Assembly: GCA_020635205.1 (NCBI GenBank)
Contig: JACKAE010000001.1
Location: 22,059 to 86,058, forward strand
Length of the DNA stretch: 64,000 nt
DNA from: Ignavibacteria bacterium
GTDB lineage: Bacteria; Bacteroidota; Ignavibacteria; OLB7
Direction of reading: 5' to 3'
Made by a program: the position numbers and the translations under genes. Shown piece after piece: positions 28,900 to 39,300 of this stretch. Positions within the stretch are counted from its first letter, which is position 1. Each line of letters begins with the position of its first letter. The notes beneath the pieces are model-generated. The model ran no database searches and was not told where the DNA came from. It saw only the letters and a program-made list of their open reading frames with translations.

Positions 28900-30582
28900 A
28901 TGCCTATTAACAGACGAACATTTCTAAAGAGGACGGCGGCAGCTTCGGGGATCATTGCTGCAAGTCCTTTGCTTCGATACTCGAATCTTCTTGCCTCGCC
29001 AGATGAGGCGAACCCACTTCGTCGTATTCCCGACCTTGAAGGAAATCTGTTGACCGTTGCTCCAACGCGGTTCTCTCTCCGCCCGGGAGGAGACTCAGCT
29101 ATATACGGGATCAACGGCTCCTACCTCGGCCCAACTATTCGCCTGAATCGTGGCGGTGAGCTGAACGTGAAGATGGAGAACCGTTTGATCGACGAAGATT
29201 TGATTATTCACTGGCACGGCATTCTTGCCCCCTCTGAAATGGATGGACATCCACACTTGGCCGTTGGACCGGGAGAAGATTACGACTACAACTTCACAGT
29301 CAATCAGCGTGCCGGAACCTACTGGTATCACTCCCACACCGATAAGTTCACAGGATCACAAGTCTACAGAGGAGTTGCCGGTCTCTTTATCGTTCACGAC
29401 GAAGAAGAGTCAGGGCTTGGCCTGCCGAGTGGAGATTATGATATCTCTGTAGTTCTGCAAGACAAGAGAGTGACACCCGACTTTGAACTCGACTACAATT
29501 TGGCTCCGGTAGACGTTATGCGGGGGTGGCAGGGGGATACGATGCTTGTTAACGGCAGACCGAATGTTCAGTTGGATGTTGATCGAACGCTCTACCGCTT
29601 CCGTCTGTTGAACGGATCGAACGCTCGTGTCTTTCTGGTTGGGTTCGAGGATGGGCGAACGTTCCACCTGATTGCAAACGAGGGGGGGCTACTTGAATCT
29701 CCTGTGGAGATTGACCAGTTCTTCCTTCCACCTGCGGGGCGGGCAGAAATTCTTGTCGACTTCTCCGACGATGAACTTAACGCGAACCTTCTCCTCCGTT
29801 CTCTCACTTTCTTTAATGAATCGTTCCCCGGTTCGCGCCAGGGGAAGGAAGCCGACCTGCTCTGCTTTCGGGTGACTGGTGATGGGGATAGTGGAGGGGT
29901 TGTTCCGCAGACGATGACGACAATCGAGCCGTATGATCCAGAAGCTGCGATGCGATCTCGTTCGTTCCGGCTGCACATGGCGAACGGCCACCACGCGATT
30001 AACGACTTGAGCTTCGAGTTGAACCGGATTGACTTCGAGGTTCCGATGGGGGAACTGGAAGTCTGGGAGTTCTTCAACCCGACGCAGTTGATTCACCCAA
30101 TGCACGTCCACGGGACGCAGTTCCAGATACTCGACCGCAACGGTCGGACGGAAAACATCCGTCCAGAAGAGAAGGGGTGGAAAGATATGGCACTCCTCTT
30201 CCCTCAGGAGCAGGTGCGCGTGTTAGTTCGGTTCGATGCCCACCCCGGAAGGTTCATGCTTCACTGCCACAACCTTGAACATGAAGATGATGGGATGATG
30301 CTGAACTTCCGAGTGAACAACCCGGCCTCAGTTGGGGGGGGTGTCGGAGAGAGAGGGCATCTCTCGGCTTCACCGAATATCGTGGAGAAGGAGACGTTGA
30401 TTCGGTTCAATCCAGTAAAGGGTGATCGCCAACTACAGGTGATCGACCTTCAAGGGCGAACCCTTCTTCAAAGGATAATCCCTTCGGGAAGAGACTCCTC
30501 TCTTCTCGACCTTTCCGGATTCCCCTCCGGTTCTTACTGGTGTCGCCTCGGCAACGAGTCGGTTCGGCTACTTGTAAAGTAG
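28900..30582 (+). CDS. Multicopper oxidase (CueO/laccase-like) with a twin-arginine signal and a T9SS C-terminal domain.
   Basis: Tat motif 'NRRTFLKRTAAASGIIAASPLL'. Copper-site motifs 'HWHG', 'YHSH', 'HPMHVHG' and 'HCHNLEHEDDGMM'. C-terminal 'LIRFNPVKGDRQLQVIDLQGRTL...PSGSYWCRLGNESVRLLVK'. Confidence 0.8.
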   Translation: MPINRRTFLKRTAAASGIIAASPLLRYSNLLASPDEANPLRRIPDLEGNLLTVAPTRFSLRPGGDSAIYGINGSYLGPTIRLNRGGELNVKMENRLIDEDLIIHWHGILAPSEMDGHPHLAVGPGEDYDYNFTVNQRAGTYWYHSHTDKFTGSQVYRGVAGLFIVHDEEESGLGLPSGDYDISVVLQDKRVTPDFELDYNLAPVDVMRGWQGDTMLVNGRPNVQLDVDRTLYRFRLLNGSNARVFLVGFEDGRTFHLIANEGGLLESPVEIDQFFLPPAGRAEILVDFSDDELNANLLLRSLTFFNESFPGSRQGKEADLLCFRVTGDGDSGGVVPQTMTTIEPYDPEAAMRSRSFRLHMANGHHAINDLSFELNRIDFEVPMGELEVWEFFNPTQLIHPMHVHGTQFQILDRNGRTENIRPEEKGWKDMALLFPQEQVRVLVRFDAHPGRFMLHCHNLEHEDDGMMLNFRVNNPASVGGGVGERGHLSASPNIVEKETLIRFNPVKGDRQLQVIDLQGRTLLQRIIPSGRDSSLLDLSGFPSGSYWCRLGNESVRLLVK

Positions 30583-30683
30583 CATATCAAAGGAGAGTTC
30601 ATACTATCAAGTTCGGTTCCCTTACGTTGGGTACAGCAGAAGAGGGGAGAGAAAACTGTGCAACTACACGATGAGGTAAGTTC

Positions 30684-32543
30684 ATGAATCGCTACCACAT
30701 ATTTCTCTGTTCGGTCGCTCTGGTTCTTTTCGGGGCGTATCACTCTGGAGGCCAGACCATCGCCGATCCAATTCGCGTTAATGCTGACGAGGGGAATGCT
30801 ATGCAGGGAGGTCCGATGCTCCGCGTTGGGCCAGATGGAACTATCTACGCCGCGTGGGTTGACTTTCGGAAGAATTCCGGTGGCGACGTCTACATGCGGA
30901 CTTCAACTGATCGAGGGGCAACCTTCTCGGATGAACACGTTGTCTACAGTGGGGGCAAGGTTCCCTCGGGCCGAGGACGAGGAGCCGATTTTGTGGTAGC
31001 TCCAGATGGGACGATTCACATGGTCTGGCTTGCCCTGTATGGCTTGGGTGGAACGGATATCCGCTACGTCCGCTCGACAGATGGAGGGAAGACGTTTACC
31101 TCTCCGGTCTCCGTTGTGGGTGACGATGCTGGTGGAGCGCAGGACTTCCCATCAATTGCCGTAGACAGCAACAGCAATTTCTACATTGCCTGGATTGATG
31201 GCCGCGACATCAAGAAGGGAACTTTGAATACCGACCAGATTTATATGACCCGCTCTACTGACGGCGGGGCAACCTTTGCCGAGCCGAAGAGGGCGAGCAT
31301 CATGCCGGAAGGTATCGGAGGATCGTGCGAGTGCTGCAACACGAGTACGGCAGTCTCTCCAGATGGCGACATCTACATCGCATTTCGGGCAAACGTGAAC
31401 AATCTGCGCGATGTTCACATTGCTCGGTCGCGAGACGGAGGGGAATCGTTTGAGCCGGCAATCAAGGCAGCGAGCGAGACGTGGGAAATCTTTGCTTGTC
31501 CGATGGCCGGTCCGGTGGTTGCGCTCGACCGAGATGAGCGGGCGCACATCATGTGGAAGGATAACCGCCCATCTGCAAATGGTAAACAATACATCTACTA
31601 TACCATTCTCCCGAAGAATGCCGACGGTTGCCTCTTCGACTATCCACTCACGCGCGAGGCGGAGCAGACAAACTATCCAACGCTCGATATTGCTCCCTCG
31701 GGGGCGATGGTCTGCACGTTTGAGAACGTGACGCTGGGGAAGATTCAAGGACTCTACATGATTTCGGGGGATGGGGGACATAGTTTTGAGGAGAGGGAGG
31801 GATTGACAAGTGGACAAGAGGGGGTGAACCAAGAGATGCCAGTAATTGTGAGTGGTGCCGACGGAAGCCGCTATATCCTCTGGCAAGATGATCGCCGTGG
31901 AAACACCGACATCTGGTTTGCCCGCGACGATTCTTCGATAGAGCTTACGTTACCTGAGGCCGTAGAGCTTCTCGGGCCGAACGACGGCACAACGTTCGAC
32001 CAAAACGGTTATCTCTCCTGGAGTACCCCACCAAATCTTGCTGGCGGCAGAAATGTAATCTACACGCTCACTCTCGAATCGCTCTCCAATCCGGGAAGGG
32101 TGATTACCGTAGAGGATATTTACACGACAACCTATCGACCCGAAATTCCTGATGGGACATATCGTTGGAGTGTGGTTGGCCGAACTACCGTTGGCTCTTC
32201 CCGAATCTCAGATACCCGAACATTTACGCTCAGCCGCACAAGTTCCGTAGCAGATATGCGTGGCGTTGAGTGGGGGGGGATGGTAACAATCACTCCAAAT
32301 CCTATCAGAGGTGAAGGAACGATTCGGCTGAAGCTCTCTCCCTCACTCGCGAACGCGAAGAATGTGCAGTTATCAATTGTTGACCTGCTCGGAAGGGAGC
32401 AAGTGGAGATCGGTCAACAGCAGTTATTGCAGGGGAACCTTGCTGTCGACGTTAACCTTGAGTCTCTCAGCAATGGTCTCTACTATCTTTTGTTGTGGGC
32501 TGAGGGGAATCGAACGCTCTATCCTCTCGTGATTTCCCGTTAG
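30684..32543 (+). CDS. BNR/Asp-box repeat protein (sialidase/glycosidase-like beta-propeller) with Fn3-like domains and a T9SS C-terminal domain.
   Basis: Five Asp-boxes ('STDRGATFS', 'STDGGKTFT', 'STDGGATFA', 'SRDGGESFE', 'SGDGGHSFE'). Signal peptide. CTD 'TITPNPIRGEGTIRLKL...GLYYLLLWAEGNRTLYPLVISR'. Confidence 0.7.
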   Translation: MNRYHIFLCSVALVLFGAYHSGGQTIADPIRVNADEGNAMQGGPMLRVGPDGTIYAAWVDFRKNSGGDVYMRTSTDRGATFSDEHVVYSGGKVPSGRGRGADFVVAPDGTIHMVWLALYGLGGTDIRYVRSTDGGKTFTSPVSVVGDDAGGAQDFPSIAVDSNSNFYIAWIDGRDIKKGTLNTDQIYMTRSTDGGATFAEPKRASIMPEGIGGSCECCNTSTAVSPDGDIYIAFRANVNNLRDVHIARSRDGGESFEPAIKAASETWEIFACPMAGPVVALDRDERAHIMWKDNRPSANGKQYIYYTILPKNADGCLFDYPLTREAEQTNYPTLDIAPSGAMVCTFENVTLGKIQGLYMISGDGGHSFEEREGLTSGQEGVNQEMPVIVSGADGSRYILWQDDRRGNTDIWFARDDSSIELTLPEAVELLGPNDGTTFDQNGYLSWSTPPNLAGGRNVIYTLTLESLSNPGRVITVEDIYTTTYRPEIPDGTYRWSVVGRTTVGSSRISDTRTFTLSRTSSVADMRGVEWGGMVTITPNPIRGEGTIRLKLSPSLANAKNVQLSIVDLLGREQVEIGQQQLLQGNLAVDVNLESLSNGLYYLLLWAEGNRTLYPLVISR

Positions 32544-32691
32544 GATGGCGTTGCAATTAATGCAGATTGAATTTTTTCGGTTGTATCCTGTTGGAGGGAT
32601 AGTGTGTTGTGAATACGTTGTGTTGAGGTGATGTCAATCAGACTATCATATCTTTCGATGAACAAGGCTACAATTCCGGATAGAATTCACC

Positions 32692-35241
32692 ATGAATGTT
32701 GTTGAACAATTTCTCGGGCAGGGAGTACTTCCATTTGTAGGGAGGGAGGGAGAGATTGAACGGATTCTCGACTTCTGGCGGGGGACTGTCGATTCCCAGC
32801 GACTTCGTTTACTTCTGTTGACTGCCGAAGCGGGGGCTGGAAAGAGCCGACTGTTAGAAGAGTCAGTTGCGATGATCGAGAACGATGGGGGGGTAGTAAT
32901 TCACGCAAAGCTCTACCCTGAAGGGACGAACGACCTGACTTCCCTCCTAACCCAAGCACTTCAGAGAAAAAAGAAGGATCAGAGAGTTCCCGGCATTCGC
33001 GCAGCCGAAGAGGTGAAGGGGATCGTTCCCTCGCTGCAACGTCTCAGTCGGCTTCGGCCTCTTCTTCTCGTGATTGAAGACCTTCACTTAATGCCGGAAG
33101 AGGCACTCCCCGACCTTACAACGTTGCTCAGCCAACTTGCCGATGAGACAATCTCTGTGCTCGGCTGTGCTCGTCCGGTGCAAATGCAGGCGAGAAGTCG
33201 CCTCGAAAGTTTTCTGGTAGATACCCTCGAAATGAAGGGGCTATCCCCAAATGCAATTGCAAAGCTCTGGAAGGAGTTGTTTGCAGATGAACCGAAAAAT
33301 TGGGTTCCATCCGCTCTACACAAGGCAACCTTCGGCAATCCTCTCGCCCTCCGCTCAGCAATCCGCGCGTTGATTCACGGAAGGGGAGTGGAGCAACGCT
33401 CTGCCTCTCAAATCTGGAAACTCAATATCTCGCAGCAGGAATTTGAAGGGTTGGTTCACCAGAGTGTCTCTCTGGTTGTGGAAGGTCTCGTTGCCCAGTT
33501 AACGCCGGAGTTGCGCCAGAAAGCGGCACGCCTTGCAATGTTGGGGGAAGTTTTTGCCCGCGAGTCTGCGGAATACCTCCTCGGCTCTACCGAGGCACTC
33601 GATCAGTTGCAGGCAACCGGACTCCTTCTCCTCTCTGGCTACCCAGCTTCATCGTTGGCCGGGTACATTCCAGATGCACCTCGCTTTAATAGCGATGGCA
33701 GCTATCCCGGAAGTCGTTCCCCACTGATTGCCTTCACACATTCGCTTCTGCACAACTACCTTGTAGCAGAAGTAGAGGGAGACGCAGTTGCTCTCTGCGA
33801 ACTTCTCTCACGCAATCTCCCTCTCTACTCGTTGGTTCCGTTACGCCTTCTCCGGTCGGTGCAGATCGCTGAAGAAATTTCTGGGGATGTTCTATCGAAC
33901 AGTTTTCAGCGAGTAATTATTGTAGCGCAGCGATTCGACCGCACGTCGAACTGGAAAGAGGGGCACAACGTTTGGGAGACTGCCCGGCATCTTCTCTCAT
34001 TTCTTAAAGAGAGGATACCACCTGAGGAGTACCACTATATCAACGTTGTCTTCCTCACGGTTCAACTCTCTATCTGGCGACGCGAGCGAGGTTCAAAGCG
34101 ATGGCTTGACACATTGGAGAAGGGAATCGAAGCGACAGAAAACTATAGTCGCGAGTGGGAAGCCTATGCCCGCATTCTCCTCTGGGCATATTGGGGAGAA
34201 TATTATGGCCGGGTCGACTATCAGAACACCTTTACTGCCGAGAAGAATGCTCGTGAAGTACTGGAGCGATTCCCTGACCAGAAGTATCGCCCAAGTTGGG
34301 TCTACCATCTGGAAATGCTTACGTTGATTGCCTTGCAGGTAGACGACGAAGAGCGAATTGCCGATATGCAACAGGAGTTCGATACCTTCCTCGCCGATCC
34401 TACGCTCCCACCTGAGATTCGCTCTTCGCTTATTCAGCGACTTGCGAAGTTTTTCCTGATGTACTTTTCGACGCAGGAAGAACTTGCCGAGCGAGTCGCC
34501 TCGCTTGAACTGATTGAGGAGGAGGTCGACGAACTCAGTCCTTTCTTCGGAACCAGTAAGAGTTATTTCCTATTGAGTATCGGGCGGTTTGCGGAGGCTG
34601 AAGAACTGGCCCGGCGGCTAATCACCATTTCGTATGATTTGGGGGAGTGGGGAACCACCTTAACGGCTGCCAGTGTTCGAGCCATGGCGGCTGTGGCAAC
34701 TGGAGCCTCAATTGAGTTTGCTGCCAAAGAATTGAAGGAGGGGATAGAGCTTGTCGAGCAAAACAAGTCGGTTGGTGGGATGACAATAGCTGCCAACGCC
34801 TTCCTCCACATTCTCTTGTTTCTCGGAATCGAACGTCCTGAACAGGCTCTCCGTCAACTCTTCGATCTGTCAATCGATCAGCTTACAAATCAGCAGTTGG
34901 CATTGATTGGTATCTGGAATCATGACCTTGAATCAGCCTCGATACTTTTGAAGGAAGATCACATCAACCAACTCTACTTGAAGGGGGAGAGGGTAAAGGT
35001 CTGGAAAGATTTGCTCGATCCAGAGACGCCTCTCTCGTTCGAGGGATTGGATCGGTTGATGAAGCGAGAGATTTTGGAGCTTCGGGATATTCTATCTGTT
35101 CAGGGAGCATCCACCTTTGGTTGGCAATGCAAATTTCTGAAGAGGATCGAAGTGCCTTCCTCCCAACGGCGCTGGATGTACTGGAGCGAAGTTTGGAGTG
35201 GTTGGCCAGCATCAAGCCTGATTTATACACGACGCCGCTGA
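32692..35241 (+). CDS. STAND/AAA_16-type NTPase with TPR-like helical repeats (regulator copy 1). The C-terminal end is frameshifted.
   Basis: 'FVGREGEIERILDFW' plus Walker A 'TAEAGAGKSRLLEE' and Walker B 'LLLVIEDLHL'. Followed by a long alpha-helical repeat region. From ~nt 35095 the homology to copy 2 continues in a different frame ('WLAMQISEEDRSAFLPTALDVLERSLEWLASIKPDLYTTPLIRLLEKFEG*'). Confidence 0.65.
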   Translation: MNVVEQFLGQGVLPFVGREGEIERILDFWRGTVDSQRLRLLLLTAEAGAGKSRLLEESVAMIENDGGVVIHAKLYPEGTNDLTSLLTQALQRKKKDQRVPGIRAAEEVKGIVPSLQRLSRLRPLLLVIEDLHLMPEEALPDLTTLLSQLADETISVLGCARPVQMQARSRLESFLVDTLEMKGLSPNAIAKLWKELFADEPKNWVPSALHKATFGNPLALRSAIRALIHGRGVEQRSASQIWKLNISQQEFEGLVHQSVSLVVEGLVAQLTPELRQKAARLAMLGEVFARESAEYLLGSTEALDQLQATGLLLLSGYPASSLAGYIPDAPRFNSDGSYPGSRSPLIAFTHSLLHNYLVAEVEGDAVALCELLSRNLPLYSLVPLRLLRSVQIAEEISGDVLSNSFQRVIIVAQRFDRTSNWKEGHNVWETARHLLSFLKERIPPEEYHYINVVFLTVQLSIWRRERGSKRWLDTLEKGIEATENYSREWEAYARILLWAYWGEYYGRVDYQNTFTAEKNAREVLERFPDQKYRPSWVYHLEMLTLIALQVDDEERIADMQQEFDTFLADPTLPPEIRSSLIQRLAKFFLMYFSTQEELAERVASLELIEEEVDELSPFFGTSKSYFLLSIGRFAEAEELARRLITISYDLGEWGTTLTAASVRAMAAVATGASIEFAAKELKEGIELVEQNKSVGGMTIAANAFLHILLFLGIERPEQALRQLFDLSIDQLTNQQLALIGIWNHDLESASILLKEDHINQLYLKGERVKVWKDLLDPETPLSFEGLDRLMKREILELRDILSVQGASTFGWQCKFLKRIEVPSSQRRWMYWSEVWSGWPASSLIYTRRR

Positions 35242-35303
35242 TTCGACTGTTGGAAAAGTTCGAGGGGTAGAACAGGGAAAGAGGTGGCGAGCAATTGTAG
35301 CCG

Positions 35304-36022
35304 ATGCCGAGAAATTACGAAGTGAGAGAGAGGGGAGGGAAAGAAGAGGAAGGCTCGATCCGTATCTCCATGCTCGGCACGATTCGGGTGGCTCTTCCGG
35401 GTGAAGATTTTGTTCCCCTTCGAGGGGTGCGCATCCGAACTCTCTTGGGTTTGATGGTAGCCGACTGCATTCTCTCTCGTCCACTTTCACCCGAGGAGTT
35501 TCTTCGCTTAGCCGGAGGGGATGATCCTGACTTAGAGCACGCACGAAAGAAAAAGAACATGGGTGTTGTCCGTCTCCGTGAGATATTAGGACGTGAGGCC
35601 ATCCTGACCGACGAAGAGACCCCAAGGCTACATGCCGACATAGTAACAGTCGATCTGATTCGAGCCAACGAACTTCTAAGCGAAGTAGGTGGGGCAATCA
35701 GAGAGGGGCGTTAGTTCAGGCGCAACCACTGGTGGAGGAAGCGTTAGAGATCATCGGTGGGGAAGTCCCTTCCCAACACTCTACGACGATTTCTTCGAGG
35801 CAGTCCGGGAAGATTTTGAACATCGGTTGCGGCGTGGACTACTCGAGGTTGCCCGTGGTCTCCTCGCCAGAAGGTGAAGCAAGTCGTGCAGAGACGCTTC
35901 TCCGCCGTGCCTTCGATCTTCTCTCCGGCGATGAAGAGATTGGCGAAACATTGCGGCAAGCCTTAATTGCTTCGGGTAATCGAGTGGAGGCTGCACGGGT
36001 GAAAATGGCGATGACTCCGTAG
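35304..36022 (+). pseudogene. Fragmented SARP-like wHTH + BTAD DNA-binding module. The decayed C-terminal part of regulator copy 1, split over three frames.
   Basis: ORF 35304..35714 encodes 'IRISMLGTIRVALPGEDFVPLRGVRIRTLLGLMVAD...ARKKKNMGVVRLREILG', a SARP-type winged helix. ORFs 35689..35877 and 35732..36022 encode in two other frames the collinear BTAD segments 'FPTLYDDFFEAVREDFEHRLRR' and 'AETLLRRAFDLLSGDEEIGETLRQALIASGNRVEAARVKM'. In copy 2 these are contiguous. Confidence 0.6.
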
Positions 36023-36112
36023 CCGCTCGATAGAGAACTATGGAAATGAGCGATTGCCTGCTATCTTGTATTCAATTACGTACTCTCAGTTTTGTAGAGA
36101 AAGAGCAGAATA

Positions 36113-36343
36113 GTGAATCGGGTTGAGCAATTCCTTCAGCATGGTCTTCTCCCTTTTGTTGGAAGAGGGGAGATTGAGCGCATTCTCAACTTCTGGCGTG
36201 GCACAGTTGAGTCGCAGCACCTGCGCGCATTTCTGTTTAACAGCCGAGGCGAAGTGGAAAAAGTCGACTGCTATCTGAGTGTATCGAGCGGATTGAGGGG
36301 GGGGAGTTGTTGTTCACGCAAAGTTGTATCCGGAGGCCGCTAA
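36113..36343 (+). pseudogene. Disrupted N-terminal (P-loop) fragment of regulator copy 2.
   Basis: 'MNRVEQFLQHGLLPFVGRGEIERILNFWRGTVESQHL' matches the copy-1 N-terminus. The Walker A region is then replaced by 'FLFNSRGEVEKVDCYLS...' with a net 5-nt deletion relative to copy 1 (96 vs 91 nt) and a frame change. Confidence 0.6.
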
Positions 36344-39300
36344 CGACCTTGCAAAGCTTCTTGCCGGGGCACTTTGGAACAGCAAGGAGATACGGAAGCT
36401 CCTCGGCAGTCAACCGAACGAATCTGTTCCCGCAATTCTCGCAGCACTCCGTCGCCTTAGCCGACTTCGCCCAACCGTGATTGTGTTGGAAGACCTTCAC
36501 CTGCTTACCGTCGAGGCGATTCCTGATCTCGCCTCACTTCTCGGCAGCCTTTCCGATGAAACTCTCTCGCTGATTGCTCTGGCTCGTCCGGTGCAGCTTC
36601 AGGCTCGTGGTCTGCTGGAGAATTACCTTACCGAAACTGTCGAGATGAAAGGCTTGGAGCAACCTGACATTGTTGAACTTTGGAGTCAACTGTTTGGTGC
36701 TCCGGCAAAAGCAAAAGAGATTTCGCTGCTGGAGAAGATCACGTTTGGGAACGGGCTTGCTCTCCGCTCTGCTCTGCGAGCCGCTCTGCAAAGTGGGACA
36801 GTTCAGCAACGTGGAGCATCTGGAACGTGGCGACTCACAGCCTCTATTGTAGAGTTCGAGAATATCTTAAGGCAGAGTGTCTCTCTGGTAGTTGAGGGAT
36901 TGGTGGCCGGATTAACGCCAGAAATGCGAGATAATCTCGCTTGCATTGCTCTGCTTGGTGAAGTCTTTGCTCGGGAGACTGCGGAGAGAGTCATTGGCTC
37001 TGGGGAGCAATTGAACGTGCTGTTGGAGACCGACCTACTGATTACCGCTGGGCATCTGATCCCACCAATTCCGGGGCTTCCCATTTCAAAAGTCGAAACA
37101 TCGTGGCCTGCAAGTCAGTTGCCGTTGATTGCCTTCACTCACTCACTCCTCCACAACTATCTCGTCACCAAAAGTGATGTGGATGTCGATCTCCTGTCGG
37201 CAGTAGTAGCCGAAAACCTTCCCCTCTACTCTCTTCTTCCCTTTCGATTACTTCGCTCTGCTCCCATCTCTCCCCACTTTTCAGGAGAAGTGCTGGCTAC
37301 TGCAATTACCCGTTGTTTTGCTGTCGCACAAATTATCGACCGAACGTCGAACTGGAAGGAGAGCTATGAGAGTGTCTGGCTAACTGCCGAGTACCTTGTG
37401 CCATCCCTTGAAGGGAGAGTGGCGAACGAAGAGTATCGGAGCCGTCACATTATGGAGAAAACTGTGAAGCTCTCTCTGCTCCGTCGGGAGATCACTTCCG
37501 AGAAGTGGCGGAAAGCCTTAGATGCAGCCATGCAGGTTACCGAAGATATTCGGGATGGAAACGAAGCCCGAGGGAGGTTGATGGCCTGTTCGCAGTGGCA
37601 CGAGTGGCACAGCCGCCACAACTACCAGCACTCTCTCGAAGTACAACAGATGGTGAAACCTCTCCTACAAATCTACCCGTTACTTCGCTACGATGTCATC
37701 TACATTTACTATCTCGATGGACTTGCCTCGGCTGCCGAGCGGATAGGAGATATGGAGACACTCCGTGCGATACAGGAGATGGCCAAGGAGTTGTTCAACG
37801 ACATATCAACTCCGCCTGAGTCCCGCACAATCATCATCAGAAGATTGCTGAAGTATCTACTGCAAACATACTCTTCAGAAGAGGAGATTGAGGAGTGCTG
37901 GAGAACCATCGAGCAGATTGAAGAAGAGATTGACGAAGAGGATCCCTACTACGGGGTTGCCAAGTCTTTTTTCTTGGAAGCGATCGGAATGTACAAAGAG
38001 GCTGCCGACCTTTCCGAGCGAGTGAGCAAGCAGTGCCGTGATCGCGGAGTCTGGCTAAACGCCCTCCTCTGTGAAGCTACACGAGGCATCTGTCGTGCTG
38101 CCTGTGGCGAACCAGTAGAGGAGTTAAAGAATCGAGCAAAGAAAATTTTTGCAGAGGGGAAAGAACATGAAGTACCGCAGACCTTAGCCGAATCGTTAGC
38201 GAACCAACTCTATCACGTTAATCTCTATCGAGGGGAACCAAACGTAGCTGAAATCTATGCTGAATTTGGGATCTCAACAGAAGACCTTAGTACCCAACAT
38301 ATCGGAGTGCAGGGCATTTGGGATGAGAAGAGGGAAGTTGCAGTCTCCATTATCGGCACTGATATAAACAACTATATCGAGATACCCAACGATGTCTGGA
38401 AAATCTGGAGTGAGTACCTGCAAGACCCATCGTTGCAACAGAGAGAGCAACTTCATTCCTTGCTTCAGTTGCCGATACTTCGAACGCAGGATATGCTGAA
38501 AGTTGTGGGTACTCTTCACATCTGGTTGATCGGGGAAGATATTCAAGAGTTGAAGAACGATCTCCCTTCCTTTACAACTGCTCTGGATAGCGTGCGGCGT
38601 GGACTTGCTTGGCTGGAGAAGAGGAACTGCACGGCATACATGCTACCCCTGATTGAGTTCTTAAAGCGATTTGGGGAAGAGAGTGAAGGGGAGGAGTGGG
38701 AACGTCAAGTAAGGGAGGGAGCAATCCCGCAGAAGGAAGAAGTGGTGGCTGAGGGAGCGCCGGAGAAAATTAGAATATCGATGCTCGGGACTATCCGCGT
38801 GGCGATGCCATCAGAACAGCTTGTACCAGTTCGGGGCGTTCGTATACGGACACTGCTGGGGCTAATGGTTGCCGACAAACTACTTGCCCGGCCACTCTCC
38901 ACCGACGAGTTCCTTCGGCTTGCCGGTGGGGATGATCCCGATCCAGAGCACGCCCGGAAGAAGAAGAACATGGGGGTTGTTCGGCTGCGCGAGATCTTAG
39001 GGCGAGATGCAATCCTCACCGACCAGGAGACTCCCTCTTTGAACGAGGATCTCGTGGAAGTCGATTTAATTCAGGGGGATAAGAAAATTCGCGAGGCACT
39101 CGAAGCAGTCTCTGAGGGGGCACTTGTTAGAGCACTTCCGCTGGTGCAAGAGGTGTTGGAAGTGATAGGGGGAGAAGTTCCCTTCCCAACGTTGTACGAC
39201 GATTTCTTCGAGGCAGTGCGGGGAGACTTCGAGCACCGACTACGCCGTGCTGTAATTGAAACAGCCCGGGGGCTATCCGATGGGGGAGATGTAGGGAGTG

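Noticed and set aside
36290-36305. Poly-G run (8 G in copy 2 versus 7 G in copy 1) as a simple sequencing-error explanation for the regulator copy-2 frameshift.
   Set aside because: The copy-2 segment upstream of the G-run is 5 nt shorter than copy 1 and is non-homologous at the protein level through the whole Walker A region. A single homopolymer error cannot restore an intact P-loop. The G-run may still add to the uncertainty.
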